64,000 bases of DNA from Octopus bimaculoides (GCF_001194135.2 NC_068987.1:66230740-66294739); one strand, 5' to 3'; shown: positions 38,400 through 52,319, numbered from the stretch's first letter. The notes: generated by a model not told the origin, from the sequence alone. Numbers and translations are program-made.

Positions 38400-40620
38400 G
38401 GAAAACCACAGGACTGGACCGGACCCCTAACTTCTATTTGAATTGTTGACTGAAGGAACTACCTATCTACTGCCAGAAACTGACAATACAATAAGAATTA
38501 TCGACCAATAAACATGTCCCAATACCGCTTACAATACCCTCACACTCTATACTTTCCTTGAACAATACTCTATCTTTCCACAAATGAAAGGTTGTAAAAG
38601 AAACTCCAATTGGGGCAAAAACACATTAACTCATAACTAGAATGATTTCAGAAAATTGCTGCAGCAAAAACAAATACACAAGTACGGTGTGCGAAGACTA
38701 CAGGAAAGCGTTTGATAGTGTTCCACAGAAATGATAACTCACAGCTCTAGTTATATAAGTTCTTACAGAATAGCTAATAGGGCAATGGAATACATGAGTT
38801 TTTCTAAACCGTAGTAATAATATGAGCCAATCCAATAACATCAACATCAAACGAGGCATCTTTTCAGGTGAATCCCTCTCCACATTATTTGTTTTGCATG
38901 GCACTGATCCCAGTCGCAAATGAGTTGAACAACATCAGAGACGGGTACAAAATTTCGAACAAGATAACAAGCCGTCTTTTTAACATTGGCAGTCTGAAAC
39001 TTTTTGCTAGAAATTACCAGGTACTAGAAGGGCTGCTAACAACTATTCTATTAAAGAGTTTTGCAATGACATCGGGATGGGTTTGGACCTCGATATGTGT
39101 GCTAAAGCAACTTTTGTAAGAGAAAGCTCAGGTAAACAGCGTATATTAATTTAGTTATCGACACTACCCTCAAGGATCTTGACCCGCTATGACTTATACA
39201 TACGTAGGTATGAACGAAAGAGATAGCATAAGTCATGACACCACGAAGGAAAAAAATAAGGAAGGAGCATATAGGAGAAAAAGACTTGTGACAATGTCTG
39301 AACTTAACTCTAAAAACCGCATCGAAACCAGTAACATCTTAGCAATTCCAATTGTCCATTACAGTTTTAAGATCATTAACTCGATTCCTACGTAACTCCA
39401 ACACATGGAGAGGAAGACAAGAAAATTATTAACATCTATTCACCACCTCAAAGCATAGGTTGATCTTCCCTACATATCTAGATGCCGGAATAGGAATGAT
39501 GCAATTATTACACTAGTATAAAACCTCCATTATAAGAATGAACAAGTACGTATCAAATACAGACGACTGGATGATGCGGCTAGTGTACGAATATGAAAGC
39601 AGCAAAACGTCGCATTCTATTGCCAAAGAAGCTTCTAAATTCACAGGTGAACCTGAAAACACTGCTACCAAGCAAGCAAAACTATTAAAACAGATGGCTA
39701 AAATGAACGAGCAGGAATAAATTGTGGAGCGATTGAGCCAGAAGTTGCCGCATGGGCAATATATTCTTCGAAGAAGTCAAAATACTGATATAAACCAACC
39801 AACAACCCATCAGTGGCTGAGGACTTTAAGATTATTGTAAGCAGGGACTGAAGGCTTCATGCGAGCAGCACAAGATCAAAGATTGTTTAGTATAAATTAC
39901 GAACCTAATGTTCCTAAAAGCAACGGCGATCGAAAATTTAGACTCTACTGTACATTTGATGAAACAATAGACTATCTTCTATCTGCCCTATGCTAACACA
40001 AAACGAAACGAAATATTGTTACGAAAGGGTAGTGCCGTATTTACAGTGGAAAATATGTGAGCACTACCAAATCTGCACTCTTGCTAACTAGTATAAAGAC
40101 TAACCTGAGTGAATGAAGGAAAAAATATCACCATACTTTAATATTTTCCGATGAACACTGACAGAACAAACCAGGATAATCAACCAGGCATAAGCATTAA
40201 AGATAGGGAAGAGAATGCCTGTAGACGGATAGCTGTCAGTGTCTCCACTGATAAAAATATACACGTAAAGTAATTTGACAATATTATTAAATATAAGGAC
40301 CTGGAAATTGAAGTACACATAATGTGGCATATTAGCAAAAACTGTTCGTGTCATTGTAGGTTTCATTGGTATGATGAAAAAGAGATGTTAAAAACATCTA
40401 CTCAACATCCCAGGAGAACCTTATCTGAAAGAAAACCAGAAAGCTATGCCGACACTTACCACTCACGTCATTGGAAACCCTATGAATTTAAATGTTTGAG
40501 TTGTATTATATGAACGTATTTCTGTACTGGTCTCCTTAAGCTCCCGGTTAAATCTTAGCATCTCCTAACCTTCTCTTGCCCTTGGGCGCTGGGTGTGACC
40601 GGTAAATAGATTGCATCAAA
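38400..40620 (+). mobile_element. Dong/R4 LINE, 5'-truncated, RT through RLE, degenerate
   Basis: LTEGTTYLLP, KNYRP, DYRKAFDSVP, IKRGIFSGE, LFCMALIP..ELN..GYKI..LKLFA, SELNSKNRIE..LAIPIVHYSF, LPHGQY, GTEGFMRAAQDQ, PDNQP, LKYKDLEIE. Followed by (CAG)(CAA)(GAT) repeats. Confidence 0.88.
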
Positions 40621-40679
40621 CCTGCATATTGAAACAGCAGCAGCAACAACAACAACAATAACAACAACAACAATGATGA

Positions 40680-42670
40680 TATTCACCTAACGGGAAACTC
40701 TCTGGAACATTACAAGGGCACTTTTTACAAACTATATGGACGTTTATATAACAAGATGGGCGAAAGAACCATAGGTCACGGGTGGGGAATGATATAAGCA
40801 ATGTACATTATATACAAAGCATATGAAGAAATGGATAATGTCACCATATTCATACAGGGCATCCTCTAATTAAGACCAATCAAGAAAACCTACAGATGAA
40901 GGACTTTGTTGATTGTCAAGAGCTCAGGCACCCCTCGGGCTGTTGTCCTCCATTTTATAGACCCAGGCTTTGAGTAGTTCAATTCGCCTTGACCATATTA
41001 ACCACTTTCACCCATTTTTTATATGTCCCTCATTTTTCTTTCCGAGTTCAACTTGGAAAAGTCCATTAGCATTTGAACAAAAAGGAAGGTGTATCTCTAA
41101 TATTTTCTATCTCGTCCACAGCAAACATGAATTCGTCATCGTGAGGATCGAGCCACGATCTGACTTTAAGAAGATGAAAATAGAGTTCGCTGCTTTCCAG
41201 GTTTGTTGAGGTCGAGTGTTTGGGAGATCCACATGAAACAATCGGCCAATGGTTAGGATTAGATTAGCCATACACGCGATACCTGGCATTCGAAACAATT
41301 CAGCAATACTCGACATTACACCAATACATGGAGTACGATTAAGTCTCCCAGTGAGCATCTCGGAAAGAATTTTCTCTCCCGGATCTTCTCCGGCTGTAGA
41401 ACTTGTCGTTGTACCGATAGTTCCCATCGGTTACATTGTCCGGCTAAGGACTCCAGGAAATTATTTACAGAATTCCTTAGAATCTCATCAGTTTTATCTT
41501 CCTTATCGACAGCTAATTTTTCCATGATGACGTCTCGCTCTTACACACCAACGTTCATTCTATGTTATTGTGTTATAACAACCACAAACTGAATTTCCCG
41601 ACTGGTAGAGGGTGGTGTGTGCTGGACCATATTTCAGGTGCTTAGAGCCTAAATTTGAATTTTCTTTTACTCAGGAGTGCAGCGCCGTCAAGGAAATGAG
41701 TTGCAACAAAAGTGCCTTACAAGCAGCGGCACACCTGCTTACTATCGAAGAAGATCTGATGGTGGCACAGCGTGTCTCCATCAGCTGCCAAAGTATACCA
41801 TGCTAACCTTCCAGAAGGTACTGCCGACAAACGGACTGCCTGAGTTTTGGAATGCATCCCTTCCATCAGAAGCAGAAGAGCAGACGATTCAATCTGGCTA
41901 AGTGCGAATTGGGGCAAGGTACAACGGCTCCACCTTCGAGATATCGCGTCAAATTTAGCTTCTCAGACTATTTCTGAGTGAAACTGCTCACAATACTTGT
42001 AACCTCATCCCAAGTACTGTCCACATCCATACCTGGACCTAATCAGACTTCCAGCATTTTTGACCTCTCCATCTTTCCAGTGCCCTAAGGCATGGACTCA
42101 CCTGTTAAGTTGTCGAGGCACAAGCCCACCCATTTGTATGGATATATCTTAGCTCCAGCCATTTCCTTCTATTCCTTAAGAGAAGAATTGGCTATTTTCA
42201 CTTTCGTGGTGATCGTCATCATTACGGTAACATCGTGTACATAGGCTGCCACAAATCTCCTGCACTCACGTTCAAAGGGATACCACTCAAATAGTTTAGC
42301 ATCTGAAGCTACGGCAATGGCGCGATGACGTATAGAGAGGACATTCCTTAAAAGTGCGCAATAGAAATATTCCTGTGAGAAGGCTATTCACTTTGACTAC
42401 CAAGGGATACTACTGTGCATTGACGTGATCCAGTCTCTGAAGAAAAGTCTGAAACCGGCCACTTTTAGGTTGACGCTATGAAGCGATGGTCTATCCCATG
42501 GAAAGGTTTCGACCTTTCCTTATTCATCAGATGTCACAAAATCGAGATTTGTTTCTCCTCTTTATAATGTATCGTATGCGGTAGGGTGTTGTAGTAGACA
42601 GATCTATAGACGTTTGTATACTTCTAGGCTTCCCAAACCACCAACGATACTCTGGGTATAGCACTGAAGA
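40680..42670 (-). mobile_element. Tx1/L1-clade LINE 3' portion (RT to C-terminal CCHC region), degenerate
   Basis: Minus: RVSLVV..INKERSKPFHGIDHRF, LKVAGFRLFFRDWI, VAAYVHDVTV (YADD-like), GAKI, SAVPSGRLA, AGQCNR.EL.V, PRCSLGDLIVLHVLV.C. Confidence 0.8.
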
Positions 42671-43389
42671 GTGATAAAAATTAGTTACTTATGGGAGAAC
42701 TAATTTCTTATGGTGAGATTGAGAGAACTTTAGATATCTGTACGTTACACTGAGAGTTGTTAGCAACATCATAATGGAATTTAGTATTTCCAAGAGACGA
42801 ATGTTTGTGACGAAGAACGCCAAATATCACCAAAGGGAAAATAAATCTACTGAAAGAGAAGATACGGAAGAGCGATACAGATGATAGATATAAGTAGGCC
42901 AGAGTTCTGGAAGCTGATGTTTGAAAGGACAGAATTTTGAAAGGCAAAATTCAGAAAATATATTTCAAATGTTAAATTTATAAAATCTAAACTCAGTGAT
43001 AGAAACAGAATCGTTTTCATTACCTCAAGATCCATTTTCATCATCAGGCACGGTGGGAATAATCAAACAGATAAGGAAGATTTTGAGTTCTGTGGTAGAA
43101 TAACACAGAAGTTACTGACAATAATCTAGTAGATATTGACAGATTATTTTTCAGCAGGAAGTTTGGAAGAAGATGACTGATGACTGCAGAAGACGCTGTA
43201 GGAGTCAAGACAGATATTTTAAGGAATATCATTGTCGAAAGTGACGGAGTATTTCAGTAAGAGGAAAGGACATGTACGTAAGGAAAAGTAAGGAGACCCA
43301 GCGAAGAAACCTGAGCTAGAAAGGAATGACACGAACAGGGATTTGATACGAAATAACTTTTTTCCTTTTTTTTTTTTTCAAAATACTGA

Positions 43390-44065
43390 AGATAATAAAG
43401 ATTCAGTTAATTGCTTAAAAAGAGAAGTTTTGAAGAAAGAGACGAAAGGCCTGATTGTAAAGCGATAGAAGGCCTGATCAGAGCAAGACATATCAACCTC
43501 GGTTGTATAATGATTACGTGGCAAAAAAGAAAATATGGGTAAAAGCTTGTATAGAGGTTTTCTATGAACTGGAGATACGACACACTTTCTACAATCATAC
43601 ATTGGCAATTCTATGAAAAAAATTTAATTTGAATATGTTGGACAATTATATGCATATGAAATCGAATATGTCCTTGAAAACGATCATATAGATGCACTAT
43701 GTAATATGGAAATATAAAACTGATACGCAAGAAGGATATTCACATTCAGATATTGTTGTACGCAATTACAAAGAAGAAAAAGTATATTGCTTACTACCTG
43801 AGTGTTCGACGAACATTTTGAGAAAATAGAACAAATATCAAACCTAGAGAAACTGGAAATGTTATAATTTGAGTTTTAAGGAGAATTGCAGGGCTTTTTG
43901 AAAGGTGATTGCAGATATTGGATATGGAGATGGATTTGCAAATTTTAGTGAAAACCTGGTTGCCTGACACAGCAACAGATATGATGAAAGTATAATTCAA
44001 TTTGAGACTTCACAATCCAATGCTTGCAGAACAACCACGAAAGTGTGAATAACTGAAAGGAATGA
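43390..44065 (+). mobile_element. Degenerate Dong/R4 3' fragment
   Basis: CLKREVLKKETKGLIV, IIHWQFYEK, YVLENDHIDAL, HSDIVVRNYKEEK. Confidence 0.6.
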
Positions 44066-44069
44066 TAAT

Positions 44070-44095
44070 GTTGATAACAATGATGATGATGACGA

Positions 44096-44137
<42 letters not shown>

Positions 44138-44185
44138 TGAAGATGATGATGATGATGATGATGATGATGACGACGATGACGATAA
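44070..44185. repeat. Compound (GAT)/(GAC) microsatellite
   Basis: Directly visible. Confidence 0.97.
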
Positions 44186-46597
44186 ACGTTGAAAAGAAAT
44201 AGTTTTGTTGTAAGTAATTAGATAAGAAACTTAGCGTAATACATAAACACGCGAGGAATATTAGCAATCAAAGATAAATTCAATTGAAGAAATTGAGAAT
44301 TAATTGAACTAAAAAGTGTTCATTAAGATCAAGAGAAATTACGACAGTATTAGCTTCATTTATTTTTTTAATTAATGAAGTATAGAAGAAATTTTATTTT
44401 CAGGAAACGCGATGTATCAGACGAAGGAGACAGAAGTTATAGAAGAAAATAAAAGAATACAAAGATTGAATCTCTGAATTTAATAAATAATAAACCATAG
44501 ACTGTTGCTCGTCAGTTCTGACGAGATTGACAGTGATAAGCAATTGCTAACAAATCAGTTTTGTGTTGAAGCAATCTGTGTGGAGATTTATGGAACTAAC
44601 TCTGCCTGTCGACTGTGTTGAAATTACCAACGTTAGTAGAATGCTTAGATCTATTGCAAAATAACCAAATTATTACTTTGTACGCAAAACTGATATACTA
44701 ATTCACGAAAACATGTCAGGGATTGTTTGATATTATCATTTCAAATTTATTCTCAAAACAAATCAAGGAGTAAATGGTAACGCCATTTGAAGTGTTCAGG
44801 AATCGCCAGTCAAGTCGGCTCAAATATTTGGCGCAAACAATCTATGACGACAGTTGATATATACGACTTCAATTCCATCTCTCTTTGGTATCCTCAACAA
44901 GTCATATGTAAGAAGTCATGCAAGAAAGCAGACCCTATCGTGGGATGCAGAAGAAAATCTCATGCCTGCAAAGCAGTTCAAGACGAGCATGAAATAAACA
45001 TAAACTTTTTAATCTTTGTATTTATTCGCGTCAGCAGCGTACATTAATTCGACTGTCACTGGTATAGACATCATTCAACCCTTGGAGGTCTTTTACTGTT
45101 CATTTTCTATCAACCGTTGATTTTCTATCAACGCTAATTGCTCAATCTCATTGTTCTCATTGAACCTAAAGAACATATATAGAAACAGTTCCCACTTTTG
45201 AGCAAAATCGTAGCACATTTTTAATTAATCGCATAGTTATTAATATGAAAGCAGATAAAAATAACTTCATAAGACAACTGCAATCATATATAACTGCGGG
45301 GAATATCTAAATAAATATCAGTGCCAAGCAGTCTCTGATATCCTTGAATGAGTGGGTATCCCAACTTTGCACACAAAGAATCAATATTATTGTTCTGTAA
45401 TAGTATAAGATTTCCACTAATGTTGATATTCTAAACATAATCGTCATGTAGAATTTTTCAGCACAAAGCTGCTCGAAACGTCCTTAAATCTCCCCCCCCC
45501 CCAGATGGCTTGACCACAAAACTCGTAGTTCCAAGATTAATTTCTTCACTATACAGCTATACTTGCTTCCACGATATGGCACGTAATTAATAGAAGAATA
45601 AATCGTATGACGAAAATTTAAAGAATTTATATATAGTTCTATTTTAAAATATGGAAACAGTAATAACCTGACACCTTATGATTTCAGAATGTTTGGAAAA
45701 TTAAAGTAAATTCTAAATTATTGTCATTAAATCTATTACAACAAAATATTTCTGTTTATGAAAATATTTATTCTATTCGATAAAATTATTGCTCAAAAAG
45801 CGTCTGCATATTTATCGAAATATGATTTGCGGATATTTATAAAAGTTGTAACAACCAGCACGTCCTAAAAATTATTCTTATTTTGATAAAGGTTATCATG
45901 AATATAATTCACAAATCTATATACAGTAAATTGAATAAGATTAATAATAATTTTAAGAATTAGAGAAAATTACTTTATTTCACACTAGAAACTGAATAAA
46001 TGTACTCTTTATAAATTGTCTATAAATTGTATATAAGTATTTCATAATTTCAATATACACCTGCAACAATAGATTTTACATTGTTTTATTTTTGCTTGAA
46101 CGCTGAACGTCTGGTGTAGACTTGTATCTTAATAGCCCATCTATTTTCAGAATACTACATTTAGACCAATGTGTATGCCCCTTACACGTGCAGTGAAATG
46201 TCTTTGAAAGTATCTCATTTTAAAATATAGTAATAAATCATGAAACTTATTATAATAATGGTGATGAGAATGTCACTGCTGCATCTCAAGATCACAATAA
46301 CTACGACTGCGATGATATTGCTGCTGTCGCTATTGCCTTGCTCTTCATGAAGCAGACTCATCCAAATAGCGTCTTTATGTAAGCCTAGTTCTCCAGAGAT
46401 AGCTTAATGTATGACAATAAGGATTTGCATGATGTTCGTTTAGGAGTGATAACTGGCAGGCCGAGCATCTAAATAGAGTCATTCAGTTTTATATTTTGCA
46501 ATAGGAATTTACACGATTAATAGCCGATATTGGCAATAGTAACTTTAAATACACCAATACTCTTATTCAGATTTATTAACATCCTCATTTTTACTTG

Positions 46598-47880
46598 TAC
46601 GTTGTTCTGAAAATAATGGTCGCTTTAAGTGTTGCGTTTTGAAACGCAATTTAATTATAGTATTTTAACTATATTTTAGGTGAATTTCAACATACTTAAT
46701 AATTGATATATGCTCTTTAACAATTTTCTACTTATTTCAGACAGAAAACCTTCTTGAAGAATATGCACCTTTATTTATGAACATAACAAACAAAAAAAAA
46801 GGACCTTCGCTTACTTTTCTTGCTTGTGTTCAAACTTGGGCACAATGTCTCCTAAACTGCTGCCAATATAAACAGAGCATGGGAAGAGAGGTCCACAAGT
46901 TATCGCACAATAATTTCGCGATCGCACAGAGGTTTCAGAAATTCCATAGTGATGATGAGAGCCTTGAAGATGAAGAAGGTAGAGGACGGTCATGCAGTCT
47001 TGACAAGGAACAACTGAAAACAATTGTTGAACAAAACCTACGTCAAAGTGTCAGAGAAATGTCTCAGGCTCTTCGTGTCAGTATTGCAACAGTCTCACGC
47101 AATCTGAAAAATCTCCATAAATAGGTACCGCATGAACTCAAAGAAAATCAAAACGTTCGGCGTTTTGAAGTGTCCTCGATGCTCTTTCTGCGAAACACCA
47201 ATGATCCTTTTCTTGTCCGAATAGTCACTTGTGACGACAAGTGGATCGTTTACGATAACCGTAAACGATCAGGTCAATGGCTTGATAGTGATGAATCATC
47301 TAAACATTTACCAAAGTCAAAGTTGCATCAGCAAAAGATTATGGTAACTGTCTGGTGGTCTGCAATTGGTGTTGTCCATTACAGCTTTCTGGAAGCTAAT
47401 CAGAGTATTACAGCAGAGGTTTACTGCAATCCAATCGCTGAAGTGCATGCTCACTTGCAAAAAGTGAGACCTGCATTGGTGAATCGGCGTGGCCCAATTC
47501 TGCTTCACGATAATGCAAAGCCACATGTTGCAAGAATGATGCTCCAGAAACTCACACACTTGGGATACTTTACCACATCCTCTCCATATTCTCCTGAACT
47601 TTCACCCACTCACTACCATTAAAAAAAAATTTAAACACGTTTTTAAGTGATAAAACTCTCAGATCAAAACCAGAGTTGGAATCAGTTTTAAAAGATTTCT
47701 TAGCATCAAGCACAATAGGTTTTTATCAATAATGCATAAATAATCACGTTGATCGATGGTAGAGATGCATAGGATGTTGATGGCTCATACTTTGACTAAT
47801 CAAAACATTTCTATTGTTAATTTTTCCAAAATAAAATTATGTTTCTGAAATCGCCTTTATTTTCGGAACAAGCGAATATA
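46598..47880 (+). mobile_element. Full-length (~1.28 kb) mariner element, DD34D type, inactive
   Basis: Imperfect TIRs TACGTTGTTCTGAAAATAATGGTCGCTTT and AAATCGCCTTTATTTTCGGAACAAGCGAATA. Protein motifs FQKFHSDDESLEDEEGRGR, VPHEL, IVTCDDKWIVYDN, MVTVWW, ILLHDNAKPH, PYSPELSPTHYH (third Asp mutated). Contains frameshifts. Confidence 0.93.
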
Positions 47881-48009
47881 TGCAAGGAGTATTATAATCG
47901 ACAAAAACAAAGATAGCCAGCTATGTCATATAAACATTAATTACTGAACGCAATGCAAGCCATTCTCATAATATTAATATTCTAAATTTGTTGTGGTGTA
48001 GGCTATTTC

Positions 48010-48195
48010 GATTGGAGTGGTGGGGTCATTTTCATCGCCCCAACTGCTCAAGTGGTATTTATTTTAACCATTTCCGAAAGGATGACAGGAAAAGTCAACA
48101 TTGGTGGCGTATGTACTCAGAACATAAGAGAACGGAAGAAATGCCACTAAGCATTTTTGTCCAGTGCAGTAACAATTCTACCTTATTCTCATGAT
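48010..48195 (-). mobile_element. SINE family B
   Basis: Reverse complement: GGACAAAAATGCTTAGTGGCATTTCTTCCG..GTTCTGAGT..CCTTTCGG..AAATAAATACCA. Confidence 0.7.
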
Positions 48196-48661
48196 ATATA
48201 AATATTAAGACGAAGCAAAAGAAATCAAAGATAAATGCTGCAAAATTTCCAGCAATTTATATAAAGTAAACTGAACCAAAGTCAGCTATCCCGTATGAAG
48301 CATTTAAATATGTCTATAATTTATATTACTTAATTTACGGCGCATTTCAGATTTATAGTGAAAATTCATGGTATAGCTCTGAAATAGTTGATCTCGGTTG
48401 AGAATACAAGCCACATAGCTATCACATTTATGTCCGTTCTCTTATTTCTTACATGTAGCCTCTATGTAATTGTGTGTGTATATAATTTTAATTTTACGGA
48501 AGATAAAATTACGCAGTCGGTGAATCAGACCGAATATACATTCAGAGTTTCGTACACGCCCGCGCGATCAGATAATCCTGGTAAAATATGAAAATCTTTG
48601 CCTGCGCGAATGTGCATGTGCCCGCACACGTGTTTAAGAGTGTTTGTATGTTTGTGTGTGT

Positions 48662-48700
<39 letters not shown>

Positions 48701-48917
48701 CGACCGTCTGTGTGTGCGGCCGTGTGTGCATGAGTGAGACCTTCTATGTATAGGGACGAATATTGATGGTAAACCGTTGAGCAGATTCGTATTGGACAGG
48801 ATAGGTCAGATGGTTGTTACTATGAAGATGTGGAAAATATATACATGGAAGTATGTATGTATGTATGTATGTATGTATGTACGTATGTATGTGTGCATGT
48901 GTGTGTATGTATGTATG

Positions 48918-48953
<36 letters not shown>

Positions 48954-50220
48954 NNNNNNNNNNNNNNNNNNNNNNNNNNNNNNNNNNNNNNNNNNNNNNN
49001 NNNNNNNNNNNNNNNNNNNNNNNNNNNNNNNNNNNNNNNNNNNNNNNNNNNNNNNNNNNNNNNNNNNNNNNNNNNNNNNNNNNNNNNNNNNNNNNNNNNN
49101 NNNNNNNNNNNNNNNNNNNNNNNNNNNNNNNNNNNNNNNNNNNNNNNNNNNNNNNNNNNNNNNNNNNNNNNNNNNNNNNNNNNNNNNNNNNNNNNNNNNN
49201 NNNNNNNNNATATATATATACGTACAAATAATCAGAAAATGGAACAAACCTCAGATTAACATAGATCGATACTGCACCACTTATATCATCGATTTCTTCC
49301 CTGGAACTCCTCTTTTTTGTTTATATTATTGACATATCCATTGTAACGGTTCTAATTTGAGACCTCGGTTTAAATTGTAAATGACAAATTGTAGAGACCG
49401 CTGGCCTTAGACTTGCTACATTGTGGATCATAGGTGGGATTCTCGGATATAATTTATGTGAGTAAATTTTCTTAAGCACTCTAGGGTAATTGTTTTGGAT
49501 ACATTTACTTGAGTTTACTTCGTTAGCATAGGAACTGCCCTTTCATAATCATGATAGTAATTTTCCTTATATATATTTTCTTGATAACTTAGTTTCTTAA
49601 TTTTTTTAAGAATCCTACCTCATCCCACTTAAATTGCAGCTACCCGTTGATAAACTGTAGTATTCCCTTGACTATTAATAGCTCACTCTTTTTACCTATG
49701 GACCTCATAGCCCCTAGACAGTATGTTATATGCTTTTAACATATTGGGCTTCTAGACTTTTTTCTAGGCGATGTTTTCTTTCCTTCTTCCTTTTGTTTAT
49801 ATAGTATGCTCTTGTTTTTTACTCTGATGAAGTTACTCTTCGAATGTCCTATGAAGATAAAGATCTTTATTCTCGCATTTATTTATAGACAGCATTTTGG
49901 CAACGGATCGGAAACGACCGTAACATATGTTACGTCACCTATTTGTTGTCATGCTTTGTATAAAAAAAAAATAAGCTTTAAATGTGGTCCAAACGATGTG
50001 TTTGTTAATCAGAGGGTTTCTTCTTCATTTTGTGATTATTTGTATTTGTTTCCTGATAAACTCTTGTTTATCCTGTGTTACATGCACTGTGCGTGCATAG
50101 TGTGCCTGCACACCAATTGCCCGAGGAGAACACGGATAACGTATACCGATAGTATATAGGGATATATTATCCCTTATTCGGTTATTATAACCGCTAACTC
50201 TGTTTAAACTTGACATATAT

Positions 50221-50418
50221 ATATATAGTTTTAGGGAAAATAACCAAGTTTCAAGAACTCATCGATGAAAATCCACTATTATCTTTATCTCATGATATTT
50301 ACTTTGTTTTATATTATACTCATTTATTGTGCTTTTAATTGTTAATTTTTCTATATGTGATAGTGGATTTTCATCGATGAGTTCTTGAAACTTGGTTATT
50401 TTCCCTAAAACTATATAT
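50221..50418. repeat. Perfect 59-bp inverted repeat with an 80-bp spacer
   Basis: 50221-50279 is the exact reverse complement of 50360-50418, checked base by base. Confidence 0.97.
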
Positions 50419-52319
50419 TTTATATATATTTCATCTATNNNNNNNNNNNNNNNNNNNNNNNNNNNNNNNNNNNNNNNNNNNNNNNNNNNNNNNNNNNNNN
50501 NNNNNNNNNNNNNNNNNNNNNNNNNNNNNNNNNNNNNNNNNNNNNNNNNNNNNNNNNNNNNNNNNNNNNNNNNNNNNNNNNNNNNNNNNNNNNNNNNNNN
50601 NNNNNNNNNNNNNNNNNNNNNNNNNNNNNNNNNNNNNNNNNNNNNNNNNNNNNNNNNNNNNNNNNNNNNNNNNNNNNNNNNNNNNNNNNNNNNNNNNNNN
50701 NNNNNNNNNNNNNNNNNNNNNNNNNNNNNNNNNNNNNNNNNNNNNNNNNNNNNNNNNNNNNNNNTATATATATATATATATGTATAGGCGCAGATATGGC
50801 TCTGCAGTTTAGGTGTTCGGTCAGGATTACCTGGTTTTGTTTCAGATTCTCTTTCATCATGCGCCAGCTAGGGTAAGTATCTTCGACTACAGCTTTCCTG
50901 CTGATCAATATCTTCTGAGTGAATTTAGTAGTGTCAGCTTTTTTCTTGTTGCCATAGAAATTTCTAAACTGATCGTTGGTTCTTCTAAATTGTTGCATTA
51001 CTTATTGTTCTGAAAAGTCAACAGCAGACACGCTTCTCTCCGTTCAATATATACACTACACTGCCATATTCTAACAACCTGATCTGAAAGAAAATAGCTT
51101 AGGTCCACGGTTATCTCTTGTCGATAACACTTTAATATCTTTAAAAGCATTGTAAGTAAGCTAGAGAAATATTCGCTTCTCCGCTGTTCCGTTGATTATA
51201 AAAGACGGCCAGTACAATCATTTGTAATTTGGCTGATGTTAAATTCAGTATTATATCGAATCGCTGTCTAAAAATAATATATATTCTTATATATTTAATT
51301 TGCTAAAACGCATAGAGACAAGACATAACAGAGGCAAAGATAGGTAAGTACATATAATTTGTACACTAATTGCAATGTCTATTTGAGTTGTTCTCATGTA
51401 GCATTTTCTCCAATGGGTCAAAAGTGTCACTTCTACTGCCAACCAAGTTTAACGGACCTCATTGACATTTCTATGCATACATATATATGTATATATGTAT
51501 GTACGTGTATATATATATATATATGTATGTATATATATATATGTATGTATATATATATTTATATATATATATATATATATATATANNNNNNNNNNNNNNN
51601 NNNNNNNNNNNNNNNNNNNNNNNNNNNNNNNNNNNNNNNNNNNNNNNNNNNNNNNNNNNNNNNNNNNNNNNNNNNNNNNNNNNNNNNNNNNNNNNNNNNN
51701 NNNNNNNNNNNNNNNNNNNNNNNNNNNNNNNNNNNNNNNNNNNNNNNNNNNNNNNNNNNNNNNNNNNNNNNNNNNNNNNNNNNNNNNNNNNNNNNNNNNN
51801 NNNNNNNNNNNNNNNNNNNNNNNNNNNNNNNNNNNNNNNNNNNNNNNNNNNNNNNNNNNNNNNNNNNNNNNNNNNNNNNNNNNNNNNNNNNNNNNNNNNN
51901 NNNNNNNNNNNNNNNNNNNNNNNNNNNNNNNNNNNNNNNNNNNNNNNNNNNNNNNNNNNNNNNNNNNNNNNNNNNNNNNNNNNNNNNNNNNNNNNNNNNN
52001 NNNNNNNNNNNNNNNNNNNNNNNNNNNNNNNNNNNNNNNNNNNNNNNNNNNNNNNNNNNNNNNNNNNNNNNNNNNNNNNNNNNNNNNNNNNNNNNNNNNN
52101 NNNNNNNNNNNNNNNNNNNNNNNNNNNNNNNNNNNNNNNNNNNNNNNNNNNNNNNNNNNNNNNNNNNNNNNNNNNNNNNNNNNNNNNNNNNNNNNNNNNN
52201 NNNNNNNNNNNNNNNNNNNNNNNNNNNNNNNNNNNNNNNNNNNNNNNNNNNNNNNNNNNNNNNNNNNNNNNNNNNNNNNNNNNNNNNNNNNNNNNNNNNN
52301 NNNNNNNNNNNNNNNNNNN

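Noticed and set aside
42495-42532. CTGATGA...CGAAACC on the minus strand
   Set aside because: Lies inside Tx1 RT coding sequence and has no stem I or II pairing; chance match.
44507-44524. Palindrome CTCGTCAG-TT-CTGACGAG
   Set aside because: An isolated 8-bp stem with no supporting context; expected occasionally by chance.
49821-49855. CTGATGAAGTTACTCTTCGAATGTC
   Set aside because: GAAT instead of GAAA and no stem I.
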